From Promethearchaeota archaeon (GTDB lineage: Archaea; Asgardarchaeota; Thorarchaeia; Thorarchaeales; Thorarchaeaceae), in assembly GCA_027031765.1 (NCBI GenBank), contig JALVPN010000144.1, forward strand, positions 75,734 through 90,061: a stretch of 14,328 nt of DNA. Direction: 5' to 3'. This document shows, piece by piece, positions 1 through 8,262 of the stretch. A program made the translations under genes and the position numbers. Each line of letters begins with the position of its first letter. Within the stretch, counting starts at the first letter, position 1. Below the pieces are notes generated by a model. The model did no database searches. It saw nothing but the letters and a program-made list of their open reading frames with translations, and was not told where the DNA came from.

Positions 1-95
1 GTATTACCTGATGCGCGTCCCTCAATGTCATCATCTTCTTCAATCAGCTCTCGAATACGACAGGAGTAGTCTTGACCCGGGGGACTGGCATCCAC
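1..95 (-). CDS. Possible 5' end of a gene running off the left edge (MDASPPGQDYSCRIRELIEEDDDIEGRASGN...)
   Basis: Only open minus-strand frame over 1-95. GTG at 95-93 is directly preceded by an in-frame TAA, and the acidic composition is protein-like. Too short to identify. Confidence 0.3.
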   Translation of the reverse strand, partial: MDASPPGQDYSCRIRELIEEDDDIEGRASGN

Positions 96-264
96 TTAAT
101 CTGTGTTGCTGTCAGGTCATGGGATGGTGACTGCTGGAGTGGCCGGTGACCACAGCCCCCAACACTTCTCAGGAACACAGTGTGCCAGCTGGTTCCACAG
201 TCATCTTGGCATAAGTATAGAGGTCTATATCCTATGGACAGGTGTGAAAGGGTGGTTCAATACG

Positions 265-771
265 ATGAGCGCGACAATACAAGTGGCCCGGGTAATAGGG
301 GCGGCAGTGGCGGCTGCGTTCCTGACAGTGACCTCGGTCAGTGACATCAGGACACGAAAGGTACCAAACCGGGTTGTGCTCGTCTGTGGTGTGTGCGGAC
401 TCGGCGTCAGTCTGACGACAGGGGCGCTCCAGACATTGCTCGCGTCATATGTCACCTCAGTCCTAGTAGCCCTCACGATGGGCCTAGTGTTGTATAGAAC
501 TGGGACAATTGGAGGGGGCGATGTAAAGTTGCTCATCGTGATTGCGGTCACGAGCCCCGGCACAGTCGCAGGGATGACAGTGGGGGCGGATGCAGTCATC
601 GAAGCAGCCCTCATAGTACTTGTTGAAACGCTGCTAATGCTCGCCGTTGGAGCAATCTGGTGGAAGGCTTCAAAGATAGTGACCAAGCAGGACAGGACTC
701 CCCCATTGGTACCGATGCTCCTGATTAGCTTCCTTGTGGTGCAGGGGATGGCCTTTCTGCAGGTACTATGA
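265..771 (+). CDS. Prepilin/preflagellin peptidase-like aspartic peptidase, family A24 (about 168 aa, polytopic membrane protein)
   Basis: Both catalytic Asp motifs are present (SVSDIRTRKVPN and IGGGDVKLL), with several hydrophobic helices and a C-terminal PPLVP. ATG at 265 is preferred over the track start at 103 because the upstream extension looks non-coding and contains AT-rich promoter-like sequence. Confidence 0.85.
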   Translation: MSATIQVARVIGAAVAAAFLTVTSVSDIRTRKVPNRVVLVCGVCGLGVSLTTGALQTLLASYVTSVLVALTMGLVLYRTGTIGGGDVKLLIVIAVTSPGTVAGMTVGADAVIEAALIVLVETLLMLAVGAIWWKASKIVTKQDRTPPLVPMLLISFLVVQGMAFLQVL

Positions 772-1500
772 GGTGATCCGAATCCCGTCGCTCGCAATCA
801 CGAAACGATGACGACGGAGGCTGTGTGCAGTCTGACGCATTTTCCAGACTACAAGACTGCGCCTAAGGGAGCTGTCTATCTCTTCAAGGTCGAGCAGAAT
901 CAGGCCCTGCGTAACATACTGCTCCATCCCGAGATGGCCATGAGCAGGAGAACCGTTGAACTCACCGATGAGAAGGGATGTCACTCCGAGCTCTCGCAGG
1001 AGTGCACTTATCCTATAGACTGCGTTCCTGACTTCGGCCGAGTCGCCAAGACGGATGTCGAGGGCCATGATACTGTCGAGCACCAGGCGTTGGGCCCGGA
1101 GTTCACTTGTGGCCGCGTAAATCTCTTCGGCAAGAGTAGCCATGTCGAAACCACGACGCAGTGCATGCTTCTCAAAAGTCGGCAGACCTGCCCTATTCGA
1201 TGCTGCATCAACAATCATTAGTTTGTTCTCGGCCTCAAGCTGTTGGAAGTCCCAGCCAAAGCGCATCGCCTCGTTCCGCACTTCATGGGGACGGGTTTCA
1301 AGCGTTATCAACACGCCAGGTTCGTTGTAGACTGCCGCTCCAGTGTAGAGGAACTGGAAACCAAAGATGGTCTTACCAGCCCCGGTGGGCCCTGAGAGAA
1401 GAGTGGTACTCCCACGGACAAGTCCGCCGCCAATCAGCTCGTCTAGCCCCGGAATCCCAGTCTTTGTACGTGGGGTCAGGTCATCTCTCTGGCCAACCAC
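766..1500 (-). CDS. Single-domain KaiC-like / RAD55-family RecA-superfamily ATPase
   Basis: TGIPGLDELIGGG, Walker A GPTGAGKT, GWD motif, Walker B RLVLDS and Arg finger KMR. GTG start overlaps the 3' end of the Lrp gene by 20 nt. Confidence 0.92.
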   Translation of the reverse strand: MVGQRDDLTPRTKTGIPGLDELIGGGLVRGSTTLLSGPTGAGKTIFGFQFLYTGAAVYNEPGVLITLETRPHEVRNEAMRFGWDFQQLEAENKLMIVDAASNRAGLPTFEKHALRRGFDMATLAEEIYAATSELRAQRLVLDSIMALDIRLGDSAEVRNAVYRISALLRELGVTSLLIGEFNGSPAHGHLGMEQYVTQGLILLDLEEIDSSLRRSLVVWKMRQTAHSLRRHRFVIASDGIRITS

Positions 1501-1957
1501 TAATCTCCCATCCTTTTACAACCTTCTCAAGACGAATCACTGAAACACGGGTGACATCAGGAGAACGTCGGAGTGCCTCGACCCGTGCATCGAAATCCTC
1601 GTCGTCGGAGGCCATGCACAGTGCGTGAATTGTCATGGGCTCGCGACCAACAGCGACCCAGAGGAACTGTTCGTCCGAGGCGATATCCTCAGCAAATGAA
1701 ACTGTCCGTTCGATGCTAATCTGCGGCAGTATGTGACCACCAATCTCTATCCTCAGCAGTCCAGCAGTATGATAGCCCAGCGCCTCAGGGGATACTAGGG
1801 CAGTGAACCGGGTGACGACCCCGTTATCCCGTAGCCTCCGCGCCCGAAAGTGGACTGTAGTGTCTGGCTGTTTGAGTGCCTCTGCTATCCGTGTGAAGGG
1901 TATCCGTGCATCCTGTTGGAGGAGGCGGATGATAGCACGGTCAAGCTCGTCCATCAA
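1481..1957 (-). CDS. Lrp/AsnC family transcriptional regulator
   Basis: N-terminal HTH MDELDRAIIRLLQQDARIPFTRIAEAL...TVHFRARRLRDNGVV, linker ALVSPEALGY, and a C-terminal RAM-like domain. Start is TTG 1957 or ATG 1954. Confidence 0.92.
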   Translation of the reverse strand: MMDELDRAIIRLLQQDARIPFTRIAEALKQPDTTVHFRARRLRDNGVVTRFTALVSPEALGYHTAGLLRIEIGGHILPQISIERTVSFAEDIASDEQFLWVAVGREPMTIHALCMASDDEDFDARVEALRRSPDVTRVSVIRLEKVVKGWEISGWPER

Positions 1958-2008
1958 TACACAGCACCCGAGGCGTCCGAGTATCCCAACGCCGGAGCTT
2001 CTTTACGG

Positions 2009-2020
2009 CTATTAAGGATT
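2009..2020 (-). promoter_or_regulatory. Putative BRE/TATA promoter of the Lrp-KaiC-like unit (AATCCTTAATAG on minus strand)
   Basis: Nearly the same motif as those upstream of the tRNA genes in this window, about 50 nt upstream of the Lrp start. Confidence 0.55.
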
Positions 2021-2133
2021 GTGTGATTCGCAACCCCCAAGTGTACTTCTTGTGAGGTATACAGACCGTGCAGACAGCAGGGGTGGTGAGAAAAGAGTGG
2101 GCAACTAGCGAGACCCAACCGGAGAGGCACAGC

Positions 2134-2517
2134 CTATAGGAGAGTGGCACAGGACTCAAACACTGCGAGCGTAGAGAGGACGGACTCGGGCAGAGTGAAG
2201 GCATAGAGCAGAGTCCAGAGGACGACCCACAACAGCAGGAACGACACCAGCGAGTTGGTCACCAGCTTCTGCCGACCACCGAGGGCCACCACATCAATCC
2301 CCATTATGTAGACCAAGATGTAGAGGGTGAGGACATACATCAGGAGACCGAACATGATGCCTCGGATACCAGCAAAAGACCTGCCACCAGCTGAACACAC
2401 CAATGCAGTGACTATCGCAAAGAACATCTTAACATAGTACTGCTGGTCAGTGGGCTTGTCGGCCCAGCGACCGAACAGACGATTGAACAGACCTCGTAGC
2501 AAATTGATAGCAGGCAT
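2134..2517 (-). CDS. EMC6/Rab5ip(OPTI)-like three-TM membrane protein (about 127 aa)
   Basis: Three hydrophobic helices. C-terminal RQKLVTNSLVSFLLLWVVLWTLLY resembles the EMC6 C-terminus as I recall it (R..L.TGGL..GLFTYVLFWTFLY). ATG 2517 follows a GGTGA ribosome-binding site; the track start at 2550 is the alternative. Confidence 0.65.
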   Translation of the reverse strand: MPAINLLRGLFNRLFGRWADKPTDQQYYVKMFFAIVTALVCSAGGRSFAGIRGIMFGLLMYVLTLYILVYIMGIDVVALGGRQKLVTNSLVSFLLLWVVLWTLLYAFTLPESVLSTLAVFESCATLL

Positions 2518-2558
2518 TCCCTTCACCCATGTGGCTGTCGTTGTGAGCATCGACTAGG

Positions 2559-2567
2559 TTATAAAAA
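2559..2567. promoter_or_regulatory. Possibly bidirectional TATA box (TTATAAAAA on plus, TTTTTATAA on minus) between the divergent EMC6-like gene and rqcH
   Basis: The only AT-rich island in a 72-nt divergent intergenic region, and it reads as a TATA box on both strands. GGAGG RBS at 2576-2580 for rqcH. Confidence 0.6.
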
Positions 2568-2589
2568 GCTTGGTCGGAGGACGCATGAA

Positions 2590-4593
2590 ATGAAAGAGTC
2601 CATGAGCAACGTCGACATCCGAATGATAGCCCCAGAAATCCGGAGGATAGTTGAGGGGAGTTTCATCAAGAACATCTACCAGTACGGCGATGTGTTCGTG
2701 TTCAAGCTCTATATGCCAGGGGAAGGGACGTTTCAGCTGCTGGTTGAACCGGGACGCCGCATCCATATTACCGAGTTCCATAGAAGAGCACCCCGGACTC
2801 CGCCGCGGTTCTGTTCTGTCCTCCGGAAGTACCTCAGAGAGCAACGTGTGACCAGCATTACACAGCACGACTTTGACCGGATAGTTGTAATCAGGGTTGG
2901 GGATGGAAACGACACGTACGAGGTCGTTGCCGAACTCTTTGGTAACGGCAACCTCCTCCTCCTGGACGGCGACCACAGAGTGTTCGTGGCACTGCGATAC
3001 AAGAGGATGCGGGACAGGGATCTGCTACCAAAGGCAGAGTATCAGTTCCCACCTCCCCGGGGTACTGACATATTCAATATCGACCGGGAAGGGCTGGAAC
3101 GGGTGCTCCGAGAGTCCAAGGCGAACCTAGTGCGGACGTTGGCGAGCCGACTGAACCTCGACGGACTGAGCTGTGAAGAGATATGCCGCATTGCGGGGGT
3201 GGACGGGATTACACAGGCGGCCACACTTAGCGCCGCCACAATCGATACGGTCTATGAAGCAATCGACAGGTTTCGTGGAAAAGTCGAGGCGGGAACCGTC
3301 GACCCACAGGTGATATATGCACCGGGAGATGACGGGCCACAACAGATTGCATTTGTGCCCTTCGAGTACGAGCTCTTCAAGGGGATGCAGTCAGTGCAGT
3401 TCCCAACATTCAGCAAGGCGGTTGACGAGTTCTTCGGGGTGGCAGATGACGGACTGCAGCCTGAGGAGGACATCGCACTACGACGTGAGCGGCAGCGCCT
3501 AGAGAGGATAATAGAAAAGCAACAGGAGAGCATAGAGGCCTTACGGGAACAGGCGGATATGATGCGCAGGATGGGAGAGGCGATATATGCGAACTTCCAG
3601 GTTGTGAGCAACATCCTTGACACGATAGCCAAGGCGCGGGCAAGTGGCGTGGCATGGGATGAAATCATTGCCCGGATTGAAGAGGCAAAAGAACAGGGGC
3701 ACTCCACGGCGACAGTCATTGAACGGATAGACCCGTCCAAGGGTCTAGTTGTTGTCAGGCTGGACGGGACGACCGTTGAGCTGGACATGCGGAAGAGTGC
3801 ACAGGAGAATGCAGCTGCGGCATACGAAAGAGCGAAGAAGTCCGAGACAAAGGTGCGGGGGGCACAGGAACAGGTGAAACGGGCCCGACATAAGCTTGAT
3901 TCACTGGAGACCACCGTTTCGACCAGAGAAACTGTGAGACCCCGGGCCCGCATCAGGAAGAAGAGGTGGTATGAGAAGTACCGCTGGTTCGTCTCGTCGG
4001 AAGGCTTCTTGGTGCTGGGGGGAAGGGATGCAAAGAGTAACGAGCGGCTTGCAAAACGACAGATGCAACCGAATGACATCTTCCTTCACGCCGTCGTCCA
4101 TGGCGCGCCATACGTAGTGGTCAAGGTCCCAGACCAGCCACCAGGAGAGCAGACACTCTACGAGGCCGCGCAGTTCGCGGTCACCTTTTCGAGGGCCTGG
4201 CAGGATGGCCTTTCGAGCGCTGACGCCTACTGGGTGTCGCCAGAACAGGTCAGTTTTAGTCCGCCGACTGGAGAGTACCTGCCTGCGGGGGCCGTGATGA
4301 TTTACGGTAAGAAGAACTACATCCGCAATGTCCCGGTTGAACTGTCTGTGGGGGTGGTACTTGAAGATGAGTATGCCGTCCCGGTGGCAGGGCCGCCGAC
4401 TGCAATTGAAATACATACCACATATCATGTGAGAGTAGTACCGGGGACGGGAAAGAAGGGGCAGCTTGTACGCGACATCCTCGTAGCCCTGAAACGACAG
4501 GTACCGGATGATGATGTGGCGCTGGTCGGCAACATGACGACGGAAGACCTGATGCAGGTCCTTCCTGCGGGTGGCGGGATGGTAGCGGAGTGA
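2590..4593 (+). CDS. rqcH: Ribosome rescue / quality-control protein Rqc2/RqcH (NFACT family, NEMF homolog)
   Basis: NFACT-N motifs (MSNVDI, QHDFDRIV, ELFGNGNLLL), central coiled coil, NFACT-R (WYEKYRWFVSSEGFLVLGGRDAKSNE, FLHAVVHGAP) and an archaeal/eukaryotic-type C-terminal part (GEYLPAGAVMIYGKKNYI). Start is 2590 or 2602. Confidence 0.95.
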   Translation: MKESMSNVDIRMIAPEIRRIVEGSFIKNIYQYGDVFVFKLYMPGEGTFQLLVEPGRRIHITEFHRRAPRTPPRFCSVLRKYLREQRVTSITQHDFDRIVVIRVGDGNDTYEVVAELFGNGNLLLLDGDHRVFVALRYKRMRDRDLLPKAEYQFPPPRGTDIFNIDREGLERVLRESKANLVRTLASRLNLDGLSCEEICRIAGVDGITQAATLSAATIDTVYEAIDRFRGKVEAGTVDPQVIYAPGDDGPQQIAFVPFEYELFKGMQSVQFPTFSKAVDEFFGVADDGLQPEEDIALRRERQRLERIIEKQQESIEALREQADMMRRMGEAIYANFQVVSNILDTIAKARASGVAWDEIIARIEEAKEQGHSTATVIERIDPSKGLVVVRLDGTTVELDMRKSAQENAAAAYERAKKSETKVRGAQEQVKRARHKLDSLETTVSTRETVRPRARIRKKRWYEKYRWFVSSEGFLVLGGRDAKSNERLAKRQMQPNDIFLHAVVHGAPYVVVKVPDQPPGEQTLYEAAQFAVTFSRAWQDGLSSADAYWVSPEQVSFSPPTGEYLPAGAVMIYGKKNYIRNVPVELSVGVVLEDEYAVPVAGPPTAIEIHTTYHVRVVPGTGKKGQLVRDILVALKRQVPDDDVALVGNMTTEDLMQVLPAGGGMVAE

Positions 4594-4710
4594 CTGGACA
4601 ATACGACGGACTGACAGAGTGCACAGAGGAGAGCAGATGAGAGAATGAACCACATATGATGGGCCGTAGTGAATGATGTGACCACTCGACACCCACATAC
4701 TTACACAGGC

Positions 4711-4721
4711 AAACTTTTAAT
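4711..4721 (+). promoter_or_regulatory. Putative BRE/TATA (AAACTTTTAAT) of the CBS-CBS-pyrC-AMMECR1-nadC cluster
   Basis: AT-rich TATA-like element about 75 nt upstream of the first gene of five closely spaced co-oriented genes. Confidence 0.5.
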
Positions 4722-4732
4722 CCGAGAACAGA

Positions 4733-4788
4733 GGGGTGACCTTGACTACGCCATTGTGGTAAGGCACCCCAAGGTCTGACGAGGTCAC
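4733..4788. repeat. Imperfect inverted repeat with repeated AGGTC half-sites upstream of the CBS gene
   Basis: GGGGTG-A-CCTT-G-ACTAC-[GCCATT]-GTGGT-AAGG-CACCCC (4733-4770) can form 15 bp with two single-nt bulges. GACCTTG (4738-4744) is also complementary to CAAGGTC (4770-4776), and GTGACCTTG to CGAGGTCAC (4780-4788). Confidence 0.55.
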
Positions 4789-4792
4789 ACCC

Positions 4793-5362
4793 ATGACGCA
4801 ACCATCACATACGATGTCTGTCAGGGACATTATGGCAGTAAATGTTGTGACCATGCCCCCAGATGCTACAGTAGTCCAGGTCGCAACAGCAATGAGGGAC
4901 ATGGACATAGGGTCGATAATAGTTGTCGCGGGCAACCACCCGGTCGGGATAGTGACCGAGTCGGACATCGTAAGACGTGTGATTGCAGAGGGACGCGACC
5001 CGGGCACCACAACAGCAGCAGAGATAATGTCATCGCCACTGATCCACGTGACGCCAGACACAGCGCTGACCGATGCCATGAGAGTTATGGCCCGCAGCGA
5101 CATACGGCGGGTGGCCGTCCTGAAGAACGACTCCCTCGCGGGAATAGTGACTTCAAGGGACATCCTCCGCTGGTCACCGGAGCTCATCGACATCCTCGTG
5201 GAGGCCTTGAAGCTGCGGAACGCACAGGGAGCGGTAACTGAGGCCGGGGGCGAAGAAGAGGAACTCGTGGCCTACGGTGGGGTCTGTGACCGGTGCGGCG
5301 AGTATTCCACAGACCTGGTCTTACAGGATGGAGAGTACCTCTGTGAGCTGTGTCGGAGGTAG
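4793..5362 (+). CDS. CBS-domain pair protein with C-terminal Zn ribbon
   Basis: Two CBS motifs (GIVTESDIV, GIVTSRDIL) and C-terminal CDRC-x15-CELC. Confidence 0.9.
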   Translation: MTQPSHTMSVRDIMAVNVVTMPPDATVVQVATAMRDMDIGSIIVVAGNHPVGIVTESDIVRRVIAEGRDPGTTTAAEIMSSPLIHVTPDTALTDAMRVMARSDIRRVAVLKNDSLAGIVTSRDILRWSPELIDILVEALKLRNAQGAVTEAGGEEEELVAYGGVCDRCGEYSTDLVLQDGEYLCELCRR

Positions 5363-5394
5363 TCACACAGTAGTAGCCAAGGAGGTAGAAGAGA

Positions 5395-6210
5395 GTGGAA
5401 GTTAGCCAGATTATGGTGGATGCTGTCACTATCGACAAGGACCAACGGCTGTCCTATGCACTGGACCTGCTTGAGAAGAAGGGTGTTGATAGACTGGTTG
5501 TAGTAGAGGATGGAAAGCTTGTCGGCATTTTGACATACGCAGACATCGCCGACAGGCTAGGGGTGAGCAAGGTCATCGCGGTTTCCATAAGCCGCTTGCA
5601 TGTGTCAAGTGCAATGACGGACACAGTGATCACAGTTGCCCCAACAGATGATGTTACGGATGTTGCCCAGCTGATGATTGACCGGGGAATGAGTGGGTGC
5701 CCGGTCATTGGTGAGGACGACGAAATCCTCGGGGTCGTGAGCAAACGTGAGATGTCAGCCCTCGTCAAGAAGTTCACCGGCGTAGAAGTCAAGGAACTAA
5801 TGACAACAGAGGAGCTCCTCGTCGTCAACCCTGTCGAGCGCCTCATCAAGGCCAGGATGGAGATGCTCACTGCGGGGTACTCAGGCCTCCCCGTGACAGA
5901 CGGGGGGAGAGTGCTTGGCCTCCTTACTGAACGGGCAGTTGCTGTTGCCATGGCCAAGTTCAGTGTGGAGGTGCCCGATAAGTACAGGGCCAGCCAAATC
6001 CGTCAGATCCGCGTTGTCGACGCCATGATCAAGCAGCCACCGCTCACCACACCAGAGGCCTCGATTGCAGATGCAGCAACTATGATGCTGGATGCAAACT
6101 TGAACACACTGCCAGTCGTTGCAGCCAAGAACAGACTAACGGGCATCATAAGCGCCACCGATTTCACGCGCTTTGTTGCAAACAAGTTCAAAGTCCCGGA
6201 GAAGACATAG
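5395..6210 (+). CDS. CBS-domain protein (four CBS repeats)
   Basis: Four CBS cores (GILTYADI, GVVSKREM, GLLTERAV, GIISATDF). GTG start after GGAGG. Confidence 0.9.
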   Translation: MEVSQIMVDAVTIDKDQRLSYALDLLEKKGVDRLVVVEDGKLVGILTYADIADRLGVSKVIAVSISRLHVSSAMTDTVITVAPTDDVTDVAQLMIDRGMSGCPVIGEDDEILGVVSKREMSALVKKFTGVEVKELMTTEELLVVNPVERLIKARMEMLTAGYSGLPVTDGGRVLGLLTERAVAVAMAKFSVEVPDKYRASQIRQIRVVDAMIKQPPLTTPEASIADAATMMLDANLNTLPVVAAKNRLTGIISATDFTRFVANKFKVPEKT

Positions 6211-6247
6211 TTGTCTTCACAGCAGAGTCACAGCATTAGGCCGATGA

Positions 6248-7582
6248 GTGGAGATGGGAGTAGACCTGATACTAAAGAACGGGTGGGCAGTGCTCGATGA
6301 TGGAGGACACAGGCTCTCTGTGGCCATCACCGGCGGCCGCATTGATGGACTGTACGCTCCCGGGAACGAGCCACATGCACACGAAACCATAGACTGTGAA
6401 GGGTTATACCTGCTACCCGGGGCCATTGACATGCATGTCCACATGCGTGACCTCGAACAGTCTGAGAAAGAGGACTATGGTAGTGGTACTCGAGCGGCTG
6501 CAGCCGGAGGGGTCACCAGTGTGGTGGACATGCCAAATTCGCAGCCCCCCGCACTCACGGCTGAGTGCATCGCCCTGAAGACAGAGAGAGCAAGAGAGGA
6601 CGGGTACGTGAATGTGGGCTTCTATGGCGGAGTCCCGGAGCCAGTTTCAGAGTTCGAACACGAGATGACGAGGGACATCTTGGGACTGAAAGTGTACCCC
6701 CATTCCCCCCTTGTCCGTGGCGTTGTGTACGACCATGTCAGGATTGAGAGGTGTGTGAGGCTTGCTGCGTCGTTGGGCCTGCCGTTACTGTTCCACCCAG
6801 ATGTCACCATGCATGAGGACGATGACACCAGTGCGGAAGGCTTCTCCCGCCGGCATAGTTGCAGCAGTGAGCACAGTGCAGTGCGCCAGTTTACTGCAGC
6901 ACAGCAGGAAGTGGGGGGCCGGCTCCATGTCTGCCATGTGTCATGCGCCTCTGTAGTCCAAGCAGTCCAATATGCAAAGTGCACTGGTGACGTCACCGCA
7001 GAGGTCACACCACACCACCTGTTACTCAACAGGCTCGAAACCAAGCCGGACAATGGGATCAGCAAGGTACTGCCACCCCTGAGGCTGCCCGCTGACAATG
7101 CTGCGCTGTATTATGGGCTGAAGCAGCAGATAATCGACTGTGTTGCAAGCGACCACGCCCCACACACCGCCGAGGAAAAGAGGGCACCATTTGAAAGGGC
7201 CTCATCAGGGATACCTGGCCTTGAAACAATGGTGCCACTCATAGCATCAGAGGTGTTCTCAGGACGACTGTCATGGGGCGACTACCTCGGTATATGCTGC
7301 AAGGCGCCAGCGAGAATCTTGGGGCTTGAGAGAAAAGGGGCACTCGCCCGGGGGTGTGATGCGGATATTGTTGCTATCCGTAGAGAGGAGTGGACCATAC
7401 GTGGGGACAGGTTCTACTCGAAGAGTAGGCTGACACCGTTCGAGGGGCGGAGAGTACTTGCAAGACCTGTGCTGACCATTGTGGGGGGGGAGGTCGTGTT
7501 CAGGGACGGGCGGTTCGAAACGGAGCCGGGCACTGCCGGAGTGGTGCCGCTCCGCAGGATGCCGCTGGCAAAGACACATTAA
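6248..7582 (+). CDS. pyrC: Dihydroorotase (amidohydrolase superfamily)
   Basis: PGAIDMHVHMRD (HxH plus substrate Arg), DMPN, GLKVY Lys, metal His in LFHPD and LHVCHVS, catalytic Asp in ASDHAPH, and GIPGLET. Start is GTG 6248 or ATG 6254. Confidence 0.85.
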   Translation: MEMGVDLILKNGWAVLDDGGHRLSVAITGGRIDGLYAPGNEPHAHETIDCEGLYLLPGAIDMHVHMRDLEQSEKEDYGSGTRAAAAGGVTSVVDMPNSQPPALTAECIALKTERAREDGYVNVGFYGGVPEPVSEFEHEMTRDILGLKVYPHSPLVRGVVYDHVRIERCVRLAASLGLPLLFHPDVTMHEDDDTSAEGFSRRHSCSSEHSAVRQFTAAQQEVGGRLHVCHVSCASVVQAVQYAKCTGDVTAEVTPHHLLLNRLETKPDNGISKVLPPLRLPADNAALYYGLKQQIIDCVASDHAPHTAEEKRAPFERASSGIPGLETMVPLIASEVFSGRLSWGDYLGICCKAPARILGLERKGALARGCDADIVAIRREEWTIRGDRFYSKSRLTPFEGRRVLARPVLTIVGGEVVFRDGRFETEPGTAGVVPLRRMPLAKTH

Positions 7583-7620
7583 CGTGGCAGAGATGTTGTG
7601 ATGTGTGAGTGTGGTGACAG

Positions 7621-8250
7621 TTGGTCGGAGCGTACAGCGACTCTGAAGGCGAGTTCCTTGTCAGACTGGCAAGGCGTACCGTCGACAGGTTTGTAGAGAG
7701 AGGGGTCAAGGAGAGCCCCCCAGACGACACGCCAGAGAAGCTGTGGCGTGAGTCAGGCGTGTTTGTCACACTGAACACCATTCGTGGAGAGAGCGTCAGC
7801 CTCAGGGGGTGCATTGGCCGCCCATATCCCAACCAGCCCCTAGTGGAGGCCACAATAGACTCGGCGGTGGACGCAGCTGTTCATGACCCGCGGTTCCCAC
7901 CAGTAAGACCACAGGAGCTTGACTCAATCCTCGTAGAGCTCAGTGTGTTGACGCCGCCCAAGAAAATTGAATATTCCAGTCCCGATGAGCTCCTCAACAT
8001 CGTAGAGGTGGGCCGTGATGGGCTCATTGCTGCCTCCGGAGTGTTCCGTGGTCTCCTGCTACCCCAGGTCCCGGTAGAGTGGGGCTGGGATGTCAAGCAG
8101 TTCCTAGAGCACACATGCATGAAGGCAGGCCTGCGGCCAGACGCGTGGCGAGACCCCAGAGTTTCATTCATGTCGTTCCAGGCAGAAATATTTGGTGAGG
8201 AAACACCACGGGGGGCCGTTGTACGGGACCCATTTCACAAACGGTGCTAG
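7621..8250 (+). CDS. AMMECR1-domain protein (TIGR00296 family), function unknown
   Basis: GVFVTL, LRGCIG, DPRFPPV, GRDGL, GLLLPQV and CMKAGL motifs. TTG start after GGTGA. Confidence 0.92.
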   Translation: MVGAYSDSEGEFLVRLARRTVDRFVERGVKESPPDDTPEKLWRESGVFVTLNTIRGESVSLRGCIGRPYPNQPLVEATIDSAVDAAVHDPRFPPVRPQELDSILVELSVLTPPKKIEYSSPDELLNIVEVGRDGLIAASGVFRGLLLPQVPVEWGWDVKQFLEHTCMKAGLRPDAWRDPRVSFMSFQAEIFGEETPRGAVVRDPFHKRC

Positions 8251-8262
8251 GGGGCTGGGAGA

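Noticed and set aside
103-264. N-terminal 54-codon extension of the A24 peptidase in the ORF track
   Set aside because: Not membrane-protein-like and contains AT-rich promoter-like sequence (about 211-232); ATG 265 gives a normal-sized A24 protein.
3252-4079. 275-aa minus-strand ORF
   Set aside because: Antisense shadow of rqcH; Ser-rich, no recognisable motifs.
4640-4700. ATGATG-type motifs after rqcH as a possible C/D box sRNA
   Set aside because: No properly placed CTGA D/D' boxes or terminal stem.
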